From: Pavona decussata
Lineage: Eukaryota
DNA: 64,000 nt
Direction of reading: 5' to 3'
Assembly: GCA_977016875.1 (NCBI GenBank)
Contig: CDRNST010000176.1
Coordinates: 124,001 to 188,000, forward strand
Under the pieces are notes generated by a model that was given only the letters and a program-made list of their open reading frames with translations, searched no databases and was not told where the DNA came from. The number at the start of each line of letters is the position of its first letter. Positions within the stretch are counted from its first letter, which is position 1. Shown here piece after piece: positions 26,001 through 40,600 of this stretch. The position numbers and the translations under genes are program-made.

Positions 26001-29000
26001 GATTGACCCCAATAACAGCTGCATAAGAGACTATTCCAGAATTGGATCATATTTTTTCCCTTAAATTGTTCACATTCTTGCAAGTCTTGTATACATTCTT
26101 AATCTGTACTCAAACCAAAGAAGCAAACAATTTTGAAACAAAAAAAGCAGAAAAATTAATAACAGCAACACCAACAACAAAAACAAACAAACAACAAGAG
26201 CAGCTTACCTGATAGCCTGATCCTGTATTGGTGGCAAAGCACTTGTCAGGCTTGATGTCTCCACTTGCATCTTTATTCCCCACTTCTCAAATTCATGTAG
26301 TATCCACTAGACAGTTTAATGATATGGACCTGAGCAAGTATGGAACATCCCTGGCACGAAATTCCTTTTTTTATTGTGCTGCAAAATGTTGCAATGAGTT
26401 GGACCATCAGATAAAAAATTTACTTTACCATCAATAAGCCATCTCAAGAAGACCGTGAAAACCCTCCAATTTTCATGACGTATAAGGCTATTTCCTATTG
26501 TATATAGTAGTTTTATTGTCTTGTTGTAATATATTTTCTATTATTTTCATATATTACATTGTTGTAATTAGTTGTAAATTAGCAAATTAGTTAATTAGTA
26601 TTGTTGTAAATTAGTTCTGAAAAACCCACATGGGAGAAACTAATAAATAATGTATTGTTCTTAGCACTTTAGATTTACTGTACTTCTTTTCATTTTTGCC
26701 TTTTCTTGTCAGACTGCTCTTGTCACACTGGGAATCCCATTTTTAGATGTTTTGAGAATTTTAGTGGCAATCCTGCTCCTTGGTAATGTGGAATTTGTTG
26801 ATGGCGATGGCCCAGAGCTTGATGTCAAAGGAAACAATGGTAGGTATTTTCTATAAAAAATAAAGCAATAAAATAAAAACAGTTAAAGTGACAGACTGCA
26901 CTGAGTCTTCCATTTCTGGTTACTCCTTGTGATTATTTCTTATTTGTATATAAAATCCTGTGTGCTTTATTTTAGAAATCAAAGCTGTTGCGGCATTGCT
27001 TGGTGTGTCTGGTGTCTCACTGTACAGAGGTCTAACGACCAAGACAAAGAACATAAGAGGGCAGATTCTAAGGTCACTTTGTGACTCAGGAACTGTGAGT
27101 ACTGTTACATGTACTTTGATTGTTTTTGCTAGAAACTGAGTTTTGAAGGGCTGTGTTTTGTTCATCAGTGGCTGTTGTTTCAGGGATGAGCAGTTTTTCC
27201 AGACCTATTTTTCATCAGAAATTTTGTACTGTTGACATACATGTAATTACTTTCACCCGATTAAGCTAATACTGGGTGAACGTGAAGTTTGATTCGAGTT
27301 TAATTTCTTATCAGTAAGTATTTTTGCAAAAGACTTGCCCATCAGTTTTGACTTAGACTTTTCTTTACCTTTAGCTTAATATCAACTTTCAAAAACATTT
27401 TTATCGAGTGAGATTAAAACCTCGATTAACTTTTACATGTGATCAGGGATTAGCATTAGTCAGCTTTTGAACAATTGGGCCCTGGATTAAAAGAAATATG
27501 ACTACTACTTTCTCTTACAACTTGCTCAAGAATCTCAGCCCACTGTGTTGACAGGGCGCTGGAATGTACTGAAGTCGCTAAAAGTATAAGCTGCAAAGAA
27601 ATGTTTAAAGTTTTTCTCTCAGTCCATTAAATCCATCTCATGTTAACAGGCGAATATAAACAGAGATGCTCTTGCCAAGGCACTGTACTGCAGGACAGTC
27701 GCTGCTATTGTGCGCCGGGTTAACAGCTACAAGAGACCCGCTAGCATGTTGTCAGTATCCCCTCATGGGTCCTATGAATCACTACGAGCAGCGTCCCCCG
27801 GACCTACTGGGTCTCTTGGGAGAAGTCCACTTAATTCCAGCAATGGTTTGCTAACGACACCGCTGTCAGGTTTGAAACTGATCATAAATCACTTTCACCC
27901 TTGAAGCCCCAGTATTGATCAGCATGTAATTTCTCCTTAAAAACATCACTGGTTGATCAAACAGTCAAGTGATGAGAATAAAGGAAATGATCATTTTAAG
28001 CAGATCGTCCTACCTAGTACCAATAGCAACATACATTTTAGGGAGAACACTTAGGAGAAAATACATTTAGATATTGGGGCTTTAACAACCAGTGATGGGT
28101 GGGGAGTAATTTTCTCAGTAGATGTGGGTAACAGGTGGCCAGCATGGCTAGTTTAATTTTCTAATTAAATTTTTTTTGGCATGAAGCAATGGTACAGTAC
28201 TGCCTGAATCCATATACACATTGGCACGCGTGAACCGCAAAGGCAAAACGCATGAAGGCCCGCGAGAGGAACGAGACAAAACCGCGCGGTTCACAAGACG
28301 AAACCGGGCGCGGATCACGAGACGTACTCGCGCGGTTCACGAAACGAAATCGCACGGTTCACGAGACGAAACCGTGCGGTTCACGAGGCGAAACCTAAGT
28401 TGAGAATTTACCGCGGTCAGAAGGATGAGGCCCCGACACAATTAAGCGTCTTATGGCCTATAGTATTTTGAGTTTATTGTTTTCCGTTGAATAGAATTTT
28501 TTCTCAAGTAAACCGCATGAAACATGAAACGCCGCCTTAAAATACAGCCGTTTTTGGAATCGTCGCGTAGGAAACTAGTGTCGGGACTGTTTTAGGTGCA
28601 TGGATTTCCACCATCGCGTAATTTTATGTACGCCAGCCGTCCATACACTTTCTCTAGCCGTTTAAATTCACGCCCTTAGATTACATGTGCCCCGCGTATG
28701 TGGATTTCTGTAAACAGATCCGGGAAACAGACGGCGACCTGTTGTGTACGTCTTTCCTTAGATCAGATCCTAGTGCATTGTGGTATAGGTTTAGGGAGGC
28801 GGTGTGGCCAAATGGTCAGAGTGATAAGGTCCTGGGTTCAAGTTTCCTCTCTGGTCACTAGCTTGGATTTGTTTCCGGGTAGTCCCCTGTTCAAATCTTC
28901 AACTACACTTTGTAAATAGCCAACTGGTAAGCCATCCTTGCCAGTTGGGATTTTTTTAAGAGTTATGTCGAGTTAGCTATGTTAATAGACCCTTCTCCAA

Positions 29001-31555
29001 AACGGCGGCCGAAAATTCAAATAACTTAAAACTAAAAACGTATACCAGCACTAGAAAGAGCACTTTTACTTTAGTTACCCTGCAAAGTTTCAGCATATCA
29101 GGTGTAATATCAGCTGAGAAAATGTAAGTTGAAAATGACAAATTTACAGACGTTTGTATGACTGGGGGTATGACGTATACCCCTAGTTATACAAACGTCT
29201 GTAAACTTGTCAAATTTCATCTTACATTTTCTTAGCTGATATAACACCTAATAACCTGAAACTTTGCAAGGTTCCTAAAGTGAAAGTGCTCTTTCCAGTG
29301 CTGGGATCAGTTTTTTATTGAGTTCAGTTTTAACTCATTCAAATCTGTTGCCGCCATTTTGGAGAAGGGTCTATAAGCGCTGCAGTGCTGACAGTTGTTT
29401 ATCATCATCATCATCATCATCATCATTAGTATTATTACTATTTTGTCTAGCATTTTTTCAGATTCCCCTTTTGGTTCTGTAGTGTACCCATTTGATGATG
29501 TATGCGGGGTCAATATCCCTTCTTTTTGCCCTGTCATTCCAACAATCTGATCACCGTTAACAGGCGAAACGGAACATGCCAGCCAAAGGAACCACTCCAA
29601 AGATAGCCATCTCTGTCCTAGAAAAATGCGAGCGGCATAACACATCTTGCGAAAACACCCATCTTTAACCATGAGCAGAGATTTCATTTGGCACCAGACA
29701 ATGAATTAAAACAAGTCTCCATATTGGGAAAAAATTGTAAAGAAACTTGGATGAGTTTCAAAAGCTTTTTCTTTGAACAACTTTTAGTTTTATCACTAGT
29801 AGAGGAACTGAGAATTGTTATTTATTTCTAAATACAGTCAACTCCTGTTATTGCGGACACCCTCAGGACCGCGAGTTAGTTTCCGTTATAGCGGAAATTT
29901 ATTTCAGTCAAACATCTGTAATTTATTTTTGCCGGGGATTTAGCTACTATCCCGCGTGTTATCGAGGTGTCCGTAATAGCGAGGTGTCCGCATGGCGAGA
30001 GTTCACTGTATATAGTAGTAAAGTAAAAATTAATCCCAGAAAATGAACTTCATGCTAATACTTAGACAAACAACAACAAAATTACCAAAAGTGGTTTACT
30101 GGATAGTTCAGTGGAGGCGTATTCCATTTTGCATATTAGAGTATCAATTATTGTTCATTACATCTGTTTTATTTTTACTCCAAATTATTTTCTGCCAGTG
30201 AGCAGCTCATCGTCACCTGGACTGGATGGCAGTTTCCTACTTAACAGGGGAGCCTCTGGCCTCATTGGAATCTTGGATATGTTTGGCTTTGAAAACAGCC
30301 AGGTATGACCGCTAGTGTCACACAATACGATCAAATCCGGAGGTTGTAGGTTTGACCTCCCGTCCAACATTACAGTCAGTCCACGTCACGCCTGACCGGT
30401 ATTTTTGAAATTTGAACGGAGTTTGGAAATTAACACGTCAGTTTTGAACATCGCCGGCGAGACTTCAGAGTTCCTGTAGAAATTACCGTAGTTTATTGAA
30501 AAAGAAAGAGTCCAAGCCTGCAGCTGCTTACATTCCTCTTTCTCTCGACGCAGGTGAATCAGTTGCAGCAGATCTGTGTGAACCTGTGCTCTGAAACATT
30601 GCAGCATTTTTACAATACTCACATATTTAAAAGCACGGATGAGTACACCAGGTAAGTAGCAATCTCATAAGGGAGTGGATAGCCTGTTTCAGGCTCCGTG
30701 AGACACGCGAAGGAGACGGCGAGGGGAACGAAAACGAGGGGGACTTTCTCTCTCCCAGTCCCCCTCGTTTTCGTTCCCGTCGCCCCCTCCTTCTCGTCTC
30801 TCGCGGAGTTTGGAATAGGCTAGGGAGCGGAGAGTGTCCCTAATTAGTGTACGGTACATAATAGCGAATATTGGTTTTATCAACAGAGTTGATAAGGTAA
30901 TTTGGCAACTGTTAAGAGATTCCAGTGCTGACGTATTGGGCGTTAGCTCTTCACTCTGACAAAGGACTATCACTGAAAACGTCAGCTCTTTCATCTTTTT
31001 TCGACAGCCAGTTACCTTGTCAACACTGTTGCCAAAACCAAATATTTGTTTTCATTCCCCCATTTGTGCAGCGCCACAGTTTCTTTGAAACTAGTCCCCT
31101 TCACTGAACATAATACATTGACATTCAAATGATTTGTTTTATTGTTTTACTTGTAATTCCGTAAATTTGTATTCACTTCTGTGAGAAGTTTCATTTTACT
31201 GAAGTGTTATTTTTTTTAACGTCTTTATTTTACAGAGAAGAGGGTGTACTGTCAGATCTTGTGGTGGATTATTTTGATAATGCTCCTTGCATTGAGTTGC
31301 TTACCTGCCAGGTAGGTAACGGTCGATAAACATCCACTTTGAAATGTGTTGTTTAATATAAAACAAAAGAGAATCTCTGCTACGTTAGTGTGTTCATGAT
31401 CATCATCATGGTCATCATCATCATCATGTTTCTTGTTCTCCTAGTGGTGAGTTCGGCTTTGTGCTCTCTACATTTAGATCGCAGTTTCCATTATGGGGTT
31501 GCGGGTGGAGTTTTTCTGTCGAGGTTTCCTATACTTAGCCACAGTTTCCAGTTAT

Positions 31556-31604
<49 letters not shown>

Positions 31605-34600
31605 GAGATACTTGGGTTTCCTATGGGTGGTGCCTACTAAACCAGGAATATTTTTGCGCGGTTTAAAACTATACAGAGAAAGCAGAACTTAGCAAATGCT
31701 TTTGGTATCTCATAAGAAAATTGGGGGTAGTCATGCATTTTTCAGAGATAATTAAGCTTTAATTTCGGAAAAAAATCCCATACATTGCTTTATATTCTGG
31801 CCGTTTTAGAGATATTATTGCTTAGTTATCTCTGAAAAATGCGTGGTTACCCCCAATTTTTGTTTGGATTCCAATAGCCCTTGCTAAGATCTGCTTTTCC
31901 CGCATAGGCATAAACTGGACAAAAATACTTCGGTATTAGTAGGCACCGTCCTTAAAGGGCGTCGGACACTTGCCTCTCGCCACCGTTGCTCGGCTGCTAA
32001 AATCATTACCTGGGGCTACGATAACGAGGACATGCGACAGATGACGTCGCCAACAGAGCCTGTGTTGTGTGGAAAGTAATATATCAAACACGAGGAAGAG
32101 TGTTTCCTCCGATTTCCAAACACCGAGAAGTAGGTTGGAAAAACGAAGCGCAACCGAGTTTTTTTTAACCAACTTCGAGGTGTTTGGAAATAGGGGGAAA
32201 CACTCTTTCGAGTGTTTGATATAGCTTCTCAAACTATTGATAATTCTTGGAGAAATTCGAAGTAAAAGTTCACAAAATTTAATGATAATTAAGATCACAT
32301 TTTTAAGCCTCCTTCACGGTAGTGATTTGCTTTGTTTTGGCTGGATGAATTATTAATGAGTTTGAGAAGGCATTTCCCAGCATTCATGAGGGAAGCATTT
32401 ATGACACTTGCTAACCTCACTGACACTCAATACCAATGGTTACCCCTCAACGCCAGAGTGTTGTTAAACCGTTATTTCTCTTGAGAAAGTAACATGCTCA
32501 GTGAAGCCAAATAAAATTATGAACTTTCTTTTTCATTCTTTTTTTCTGTCAGCGTGCTGGAGTGCTTACATTGTTGGACAAAGAAAGTTTATTTGCTAGG
32601 TGTGTATACTTATGTATCAATAATTAATATAAAAACTATGTGTATTGGCTAATATTTACCGAAATTAAACTCGTCTGCCTGTAAATTGGATATTAAATGA
32701 TTTATCAGCTAGCAAAAAACTATTATCTTGGGCTTTCAATTGATCAGTGCATTATGCAGTCAAACGGCTTCTCCAGAGTAGATTTCAGATGGAATCATGT
32801 TGGACTGTTGATAACTCACAACAGATATCCTCTACCAGAGGCTCAGTTGGGTCGGAGGTTTTCAAACCAGGGCCCCGTTTCTCGAAAGTCCCGGTAACTT
32901 ACTGGGCCCGATAAGTATATTTTGAAATTTTTTTTTCGCCGATTACACAGTAATTACAGAAATGGTTCTTGGCCAATGTTTTCATGGAATTGTAAGATTT
33001 AAAAATTTAGTATTCAAAGTCAACAAAAATTGACTTCTTTTAAGAAACATTTATCACCAAAGACACTTATCGGGCCCGATATGTTAGCGGGACTTTCGAG
33101 AAACGGGCCCCAGTCCATGTTTTTTTGTGTGATCTGGAGCGAACTACCCTGCCAGCTTTTACGAAGTCGTTCGCATCTCTGGTATTTCGCGTAGTTGGCT
33201 TGTTTAGCGTCCCCGAGAGACGTTAAACAAGCTAACTACGCGAAATACCAGAGATGCGAACGACTTCGTACATGTCGGTGAACTTCCCAGAAAGAAACCC
33301 TCTGCTAGCAGGGTAGGAGCGGGCAAGAAAATGGAGAAAAGAAACTCTTGTTTCGTGAATCCATGCTTTCAGCTTTCAGTGTCTCGCGAGTTTGGTCTTT
33401 CAGCAATATTTGTGCCTCTCCAATTTTTAGACAAAGCGATAACTGTTTTGCAGTCTTCGTATTTCGGTTTGAGAGTAATGTCCCTGACTTAGATATTAGG
33501 TAGATAGTTTATTGAAGCTATAGAATTACAACTGTAGTGCTGAATTAGACAAAACTTTACAAATGAATGCTTGAACCTCTAACTTTATTTCATTCTAAAA
33601 CACTAGAAGACTCAACTTTTCTTCCTTGGCAAAACAGATATAACTTGAAACATTTGTTGATCTTTTAGGGGAAGCTATCAGAATTTCTTACAAAAAGTCA
33701 AAGCGCAACACAAAGACAGCGAGTGGTAAGTGGCCATACGTGTCCTGGCTGCGATTTATGTTTGAGAAACTTTTTTTTTAACGTATTTACAGTACGCTTA
33801 CTAACGTCAGTATGTCCTCAGACTCACTTAACTGTAATTCCATTTTCCAGTTTCTTTGACCCGGATCCTGGAAGTTCTTGTTTTGGAGTATCGCACTACG
33901 GTGGAAATGTGAGTGAAAAAGCGTTTAGGGAAGTGGTCAAAACTACTACACTCGAACAGGACTAACTAAACCCCAAAATAGATAGTGGTCTCTGCCTGCA
34001 CCCTCCTTGCTCAACCTCAAAAGGTGGTGTCTTTGTTGCATAGCCACCCCTCTATCCAGCAGTAAAATTAACAATGAGATTCAAAACCTCACTTTTCTTG
34101 CACTCCACGCTCAGCTGGAAAAGCCTGTGAAGGAGGCAGTTTCTTGTTTACCTAGCAATGCTGACACTTTGCTAGCTGTATATTTCTATGTCAACTCAAA
34201 TTTTAAAGCCAATGGAATAAAATTTTGTTGGAAATGTTCATAAGATAGGTGGTGTCTTCGATAACCCCCCTACTCCCAGACAAGGTGGGTCCTCTTCAAA
34301 CAAACTTGTTATGACCAGTTCCCTTATTTCTCTTTAAGAACCACGTGAAACTGTTCGTCATACTTGCTCAGTTTTTCTCTTTAATCGTCATACTCGCTCA
34401 GGTTTTCTCTTTAATCGTCATACTCGCTCAGTTTTTCTCTTTAATCGTCATACTCGCTCAGTTTTTCTCTTTAATCGTCATACTCGCTCAGTTTTTCGGT
34501 TTGTAGGGTACTTCAACAAGAACGCTTAACAAATGCAATTTGTTCCTCCATTTTAAAACAACTACATAATTCCGAGGTTTAGAAGGACAGGCTGATTGTG

Positions 34601-37600
34601 TTTAGAGGAATGCGCTGTTTGTGTTGATTGTAGTACTGTTTAAAAGTAACTGTTACTAGTATTTTACGGACTTTTTCGCCAGAACTGCGCTAAAACTATT
34701 TCTGTTTTCAGGTTGTTTATGATGCCAGCTCTCTCCTGAATATTAATCGTGACTCGATTCCGGATGACATAATCTGTGTCTTCTCGCGGCAGGTGAACAT
34801 TTTTTTAAACCTTGCTTGTTTGAATTCATCAGCCTGTTGTAAATTTTTCTCTCAAAACGCTGAATTCCATTTGTTTATTCAACTTCACGTAGTTAAACTC
34901 CTAGCTTTTCCGCTGTTCGAATCTCAAGTTCATAAAATTCCTGCAATATATTCTAACCAATCAGGGGAAGCACGCGGATTTTAGGCCAATCACGTCAAAC
35001 CAAACGTGCCCTACCTTGACGCGTTTTCCCGCGCTTGGCACCCATTGCATTTGTACCTTTTGAGTTCTGATTGGCTCATTAGCTTATCCACGTGTGTTGT
35101 GATTGCCTGGACTAATTACGTTTGTCTTGGTTCAGTGGAAAACTCTCTCAAATTATCAAATATGTGGTTAGCTTTACCTAAGTTTTAACTTGTAATTTAA
35201 ATTATTAATGTGGAAGAATATCTTGCAGTTTTACCCAAGTAAAAGTTAGAAAGAGATGTCATTTCATTTTTGGAGGAAGATAGTGGATATTGATTTTATT
35301 TAACTCATCCTCTTTCTTTCCTTTCAGAACTGCAATTTTGGTTTTGCAACGCATCTTTTTACCAATGACTTGAAACCGCAGCAAGGGCAGACCACCGCTC
35401 CTAAGGGGGTACTACACAGGATATCACCCAGCCCCGCTCAGGAGCCACAAGGGTGAGATATTTAACTCTGAAGGGAGGGGAAGGGTAAACAAGTCAACAA
35501 AGTTGTTTGTTAATTTCAAACGTAAGTGCCAGATTCAAATGTTCAAGTTTTGGATGCCTGCTGCAGTATGCTTTACTTTAAAAGTAAAGAGGTACAAGAC
35601 TCGCGATGGATGCTACAGACCGAAGTAAGGATGGGCACATAGTAACTAAACATAACTCGAAAATGATTTTTCTAGTCCTGCAGGATCCATGGATGTTCCT
35701 CTTCGTACATTTTCTCAAGGATTTCAGGTTAGTTTAGCCCGCTCCCGATGCAATTATTTGCTTACTTTTTCGTTCCTCTCTAAGTAAGAGTTCTTCGACT
35801 TTCTTCTCAAATAAAGTAAGCCAATGTCCTTAGCATCAATCGCTTTCTTTTATTCAGGAAAAAGTTGACGTTCTTCTCAAGACTCTGGTACAGTCTCAAC
35901 CGACGTTTGTGAGATGCATCAAGGTAAAGCTTGCTCAGTTGCGCGCGTTTGTTTGTGTACATAAGAAAAACGACAACAGCTTTGATTTTTGAAAACATGT
36001 CTCGCCAACTCTTCTGTCATCTTCAGTTTTACTTCGTAAAGTACAATGTTGAATGCTAACGAGAAAACAAAAACTGAAGATGACAGAAAAGCTGTCGAAA
36101 AATGTTTTCAAAAATCAAAACTGCTGCCGTTTTTCTTAAACTTTTAGCCTGCCTACTGTTATCCAGACCGCTTTTTTGTTTCTACAGAAGGCCCTTCCAT
36201 AACCTTTTTTTTTTGCACAGATCAACGCACGCGAGGAGCCATATTACTTTGATCGCGGAATTGTCAGCCAGCAGATTCGAGTGCTGCAGATTTTTGAAAC
36301 TCTCCAACTTCTCCAGTCAGGTAGATGGATCTTAATTTCACTGATAAATCAGGCTTTACCCTCAAATGGTTCCTTTTTAGTTCCAATCCAAGGTTCCCTC
36401 CAAGAGGAAAAAGTAGAACCTCGAAGCGGATTAGTAATAATGTTTGTGGGGACGTAAAGAATTATTTGGAAACAGTTAACGTACTCAACAAAGTCGATGT
36501 TTTTCGTCGTGCCAACCATCCCTTCATTAGGAATTTTAAACACATTTAACTTTTTTCTCCATCGCCGGACTAATTTATTTATATTTATATTAATTTGTGT
36601 GCTTTTGCGAATATTCATTATCCGTTATTTAATTTTGCAAATTCGAATGCTATACTGGATGCTCTGGTCCCATTGTGTTTATCGTGTATTGACTTCAATA
36701 TTGTGCATGTTGTATGTATTTATTCCTCTTATTTTGATGGCCGTAAGTTAGAAGACGAAAATAGGTTATTACGCCTCCCTCTTTAAATGAAGTTGTTGTA
36801 AAGCACCAATTCATTACGTAACAAGTTTGTAAGCCTTGACAATGAAAGGATATGGCATTGCAGATCAAGGTGGCGGAAACGGGAGAAAAAAACTTTGTTT
36901 TTTTAACGAGGTTCTTCCTAGTTCTGTTCATATTTAGGGACACCTAGCGAAAAAAAAATTAAGCAAAATACACAAATATTCTTTTCTGTTTTTCCAGATC
37001 GTTTTATGACGTTCCTTTGTTGCAGCCAAATCACGGTGAAATCGCACCGAAATCTCCGTTTATAAACTTTTGTTCACCGATATATAAATATTACATGTAT
37101 ACATACCACTTTTCTAAGCTAATCAGTACTGTTATGTTCCAGGTCTCGCTCATCGCACTCGGTTCCAGGCATTCGCGAGGAAGTACAGATTCGTGTCGCC
37201 TCGAAAGGTCCGCGGTCAGGAGGAGACTGGGTACGAGGATTGCAAAGCCATCTTGGAGACTCTGATGAGGAAAATTGACAGGTCGAAGAGTGACGTCATG
37301 TTTGGTTCATGGGTCCTGGGCAAGAGATATGTATTCTACAGGTAACTGAAGGCCAAGTCTAATAGTAAGCACGAGGTAGAAATCGATTCTCTTATGTTTA
37401 CATTTCTTTTCTTATTTTAATGTAACTTCATGCACCTTGTAATAATATGGCATTGTATTGTTCCTTCTTGGCGAACAATAAATAAATAAATAGTATCTGT
37501 ACCAAACACGTCACGAGTTTATCTAGATGGAAATTCATACTAGGACTCCATAAATCAGTCTTAGGGGGTTTCTAAACATTATCTCAAATTTGGCTGTTAG

Positions 37601-40600
37601 TCGGCCGAGAATGTTTAATAAAGGTCTTGGTCAGGGTAATTTTAGGCCCCGTACGAAAACTAGTTCGGATAAATTTGAAAACAGCGTTTCGCCTCAAAAC
37701 GTATCCAAGTGTTTTGCGTCCACATATCATTTTCGTATCGTTTGTGCCGTTCACACTGAAACACATCCTCGCTCCTAGAAAGGCTAACTACACAGTAGAC
37801 TGAGCATGCGCACATAACCGTTGTGGTGTCTTCGTTTTCACCGTTTCCACCAAAACACCTGGCTAATGTTTTTAAATTTATTCATTATGGAGAGTGTTTT
37901 TCAAAAAGATCCGTTTTAACTGGAGGGGAGGGAGGAAGATATGTTTTCAAATTTACTAAAATAGATTGGCCTCATCTACTTGCTTAAATAACAGCTGGGT
38001 TTTATTTTTTGCATTCGACGTAGAAAGAATGCAATCCTAATACAGATTGGATTCGAGATTCTATGGGACAACGTTGATTGAATGAATGGATATTGGGACC
38101 CTTATCTGGCATCCCCCGCAGATTTTGCAGGGGCGGGTGACATCATCACCAACTTGGTAAAGGAGAGAGAGTCTGGGATCGAAATCATGGAGGACGCTCC
38201 TTAATCTTTGATCATTACAAGTTTATTTATTTCGCCATACAAATTTTGGCTCAGTTTACATTTCCCTTATATGTCATTTTTATGACAGTGAAGTAGTCAA
38301 GCAAGAGTTGGAGAATCTTTATGATGGCCGTCACGTGAACGCTGCTGTGACGATCCAGTCCTGGGTGAGAAGATGGATCTGCCGCAAGAGATGGCCTAAC
38401 CTCAAACGATCGCTTGAAATGCAAAAAAAAGGCCGACACAGCAGCAAAGTGAACCACAAGTAAGGAGAACTGAATAGCAACTTGATCAGATAAGGGAGTA
38501 AGCTCCGTAACAAATTGTGGTGTTTCGCTGCTGGAGGAGCGAAAACGAATGTTTGATTTTATCAGTCAACGTAACAAGGTTCGAAAGCTGGCGCTTCGAG
38601 CGCTCACCCATTGTCAGTCGAATTCAGACGAGAAGAGACCTTTGAAGAGACATTTGTTGTGTTAGATATTACCAAAGATTGATTCAGGCGCTAAAAATCG
38701 TTTGTGCGCCAGTGCTACGCGGCATCAACTTTTCGGACAATATTGTTGGGCTAAAAATCGTCGAATCGTCGTGTCTGACATCGGCTTTTATAAAGCAACA
38801 GGCTCCAAGAACGTGATTGATGTGAAAAGTGATAATCCGAATCATGCCCAGTAGGTTTGAAAAGTTGCACTCCGAGTTCTATGTGAAGTTTTAGTATTTT
38901 TCTTTCGAATTTGGTATATTTAGATAGGGGAGACTGCACATATGTAGCTACATCTCTTGTTTTATCTTCCGTCAATGTTGAGCTATGGGGCTAAATTCTG
39001 TTAGCATCAGGGAAAGGTCTACGGCTCCGAATAAGCTAACCGTCCAAGATTAAGAATTGTTCAACAACATGTCCGAAACTTTGAAAACTTGTTTCTATTT
39101 TCTCATTTCCGATAGTTTATGTATGCATGTATCGAGATTCGGCCTTCCTCTATCGTTTTTTTTTTCCTTTTTTTATCCGCAGCCATGTTCGTAGATCGAT
39201 ATCACCATCGGATGAGCTTCGTGTGGACACGAAAACAGCCGACCAGAATTGCTGTTTGTACGGACTGGACATGGTAAGTGGGACCTTATAGCACTCGGGT
39301 TCGGATTCCTGCAAACGTAGTTTATTCATTAAACAGAGGGCTTGGTTGAGTGTTTTGAAACTCCTGTACTTTGTTGCCTTGAGAAAAGTGAATGTAGCAA
39401 AATTTTTGTTTTGTTTTTTATTAATTGTTTTTAATTGCAATCTCAAGACAACAACAACAATGGCTAACAATACATTACTTTCAAGGTTACAATTTGTTAT
39501 TTTAACTGGAAAGCCATTTAGACTACACCATACAACACGCCTCAAATCAGTTTGAACACTACTCCTTGGGTTCTCCCAGGGAGCCATATTTAAGTATCGA
39601 GGGCAACTGATATCACTGGCAGATACTTTAGACTAACACTTGGCTCGCTTCAGTCTGTAACTGTGAAGTAATAGGCCATTTCCGAGTTTGCTGTGAACCT
39701 CATGAAAGCGAAGCTAAGCGCAAAGCTTTTCATATGGAAATTAGTTTTGTTGGCATATGAATGAAAACTAATTTTCATAATAAAAACTTTGCACTTAGCC
39801 TCGCCTTCATAGTGAAGTTCAAAGCAACTCGGAAATGGCGTTTTTATGTGCGTCCCATTTTTGTGGTCATTTTTGCAGGAAACACCACCGCCTCTGCCTA
39901 AAAGCCGGCCATACACTGTGATGGGTAACATGAAGATGGGATTCCCACAGACTCGTATCATGAAGTTCGATTTTCCAGGTTAGCATTATCAAAAAGTAGC
40001 CTGTTCCATATCTCAGACAGTGATTTCTTTCATTTTCGCGGTTTAGCCGTACTTTCTGAGAGCCAACCAGGCTGCCAAGTAGTGATCACGTGATACCTGA
40101 TCAACATCTCATTTCTCCTTTTCTGGGAAAGCAGTCCATCACAGGATACCCAGCTTGAAGCGACTAGAAGTATTACTTTTAAATCCGGAATGGGATAGTA
40201 GCCCACCGCATCAGACACGGTTCACAGTCCCCTATTTTTTCCATGGGATTTTCGAGACTTGTACGCTTCCATTGAACTCCGCCATCCTGGTTTGTAAAGG
40301 CGAGCGCAACCTGGGGTGAGGCTCCCCTCAGTAGTTTAGACACTCTCCCCAGGTTGCGCTCGCCATTAGAAACAAAGATGGCGGGAATTCGATCGAAGCG
40401 TACGAGTCTCGAAAATCCCACGGAAAAACAGGGGACTGTGTCTGTGAACAGTCTACCCATCACAGGATACCCAGCATGAAGTCAGTAGAAGAATAACTGC
40501 TCCCTCCGGGATGAGATGTTGGGCCACGGCTGGGCTGCCCTCGGACCTCTATAAAGTTTCCCGAGCAATTTACCGCTCACCCATTGATGCAGCTGTTTGG

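Noticed and set aside
28195-28400. CGCGGTTCACGAGACGAAAC repeats ending in GAAAC, CRISPR-like
   Set aside because: No spacers; they follow a TA|CAGTAC transposon-like left end, so they are best read as subterminal repeats; the right TIR was not found
34355-34497. 30-bp repeats of CRISPR-like length
   Set aside because: Head-to-tail with no unique spacers, no cas genes, eukaryotic intron context
36325-36950. Overlapping hydrophobic short ORFs in a dachs intron, suggesting a nested membrane-protein gene
   Set aside because: No recognisable family motif, stops in all frames, and AT-rich composition explains the hydrophobicity
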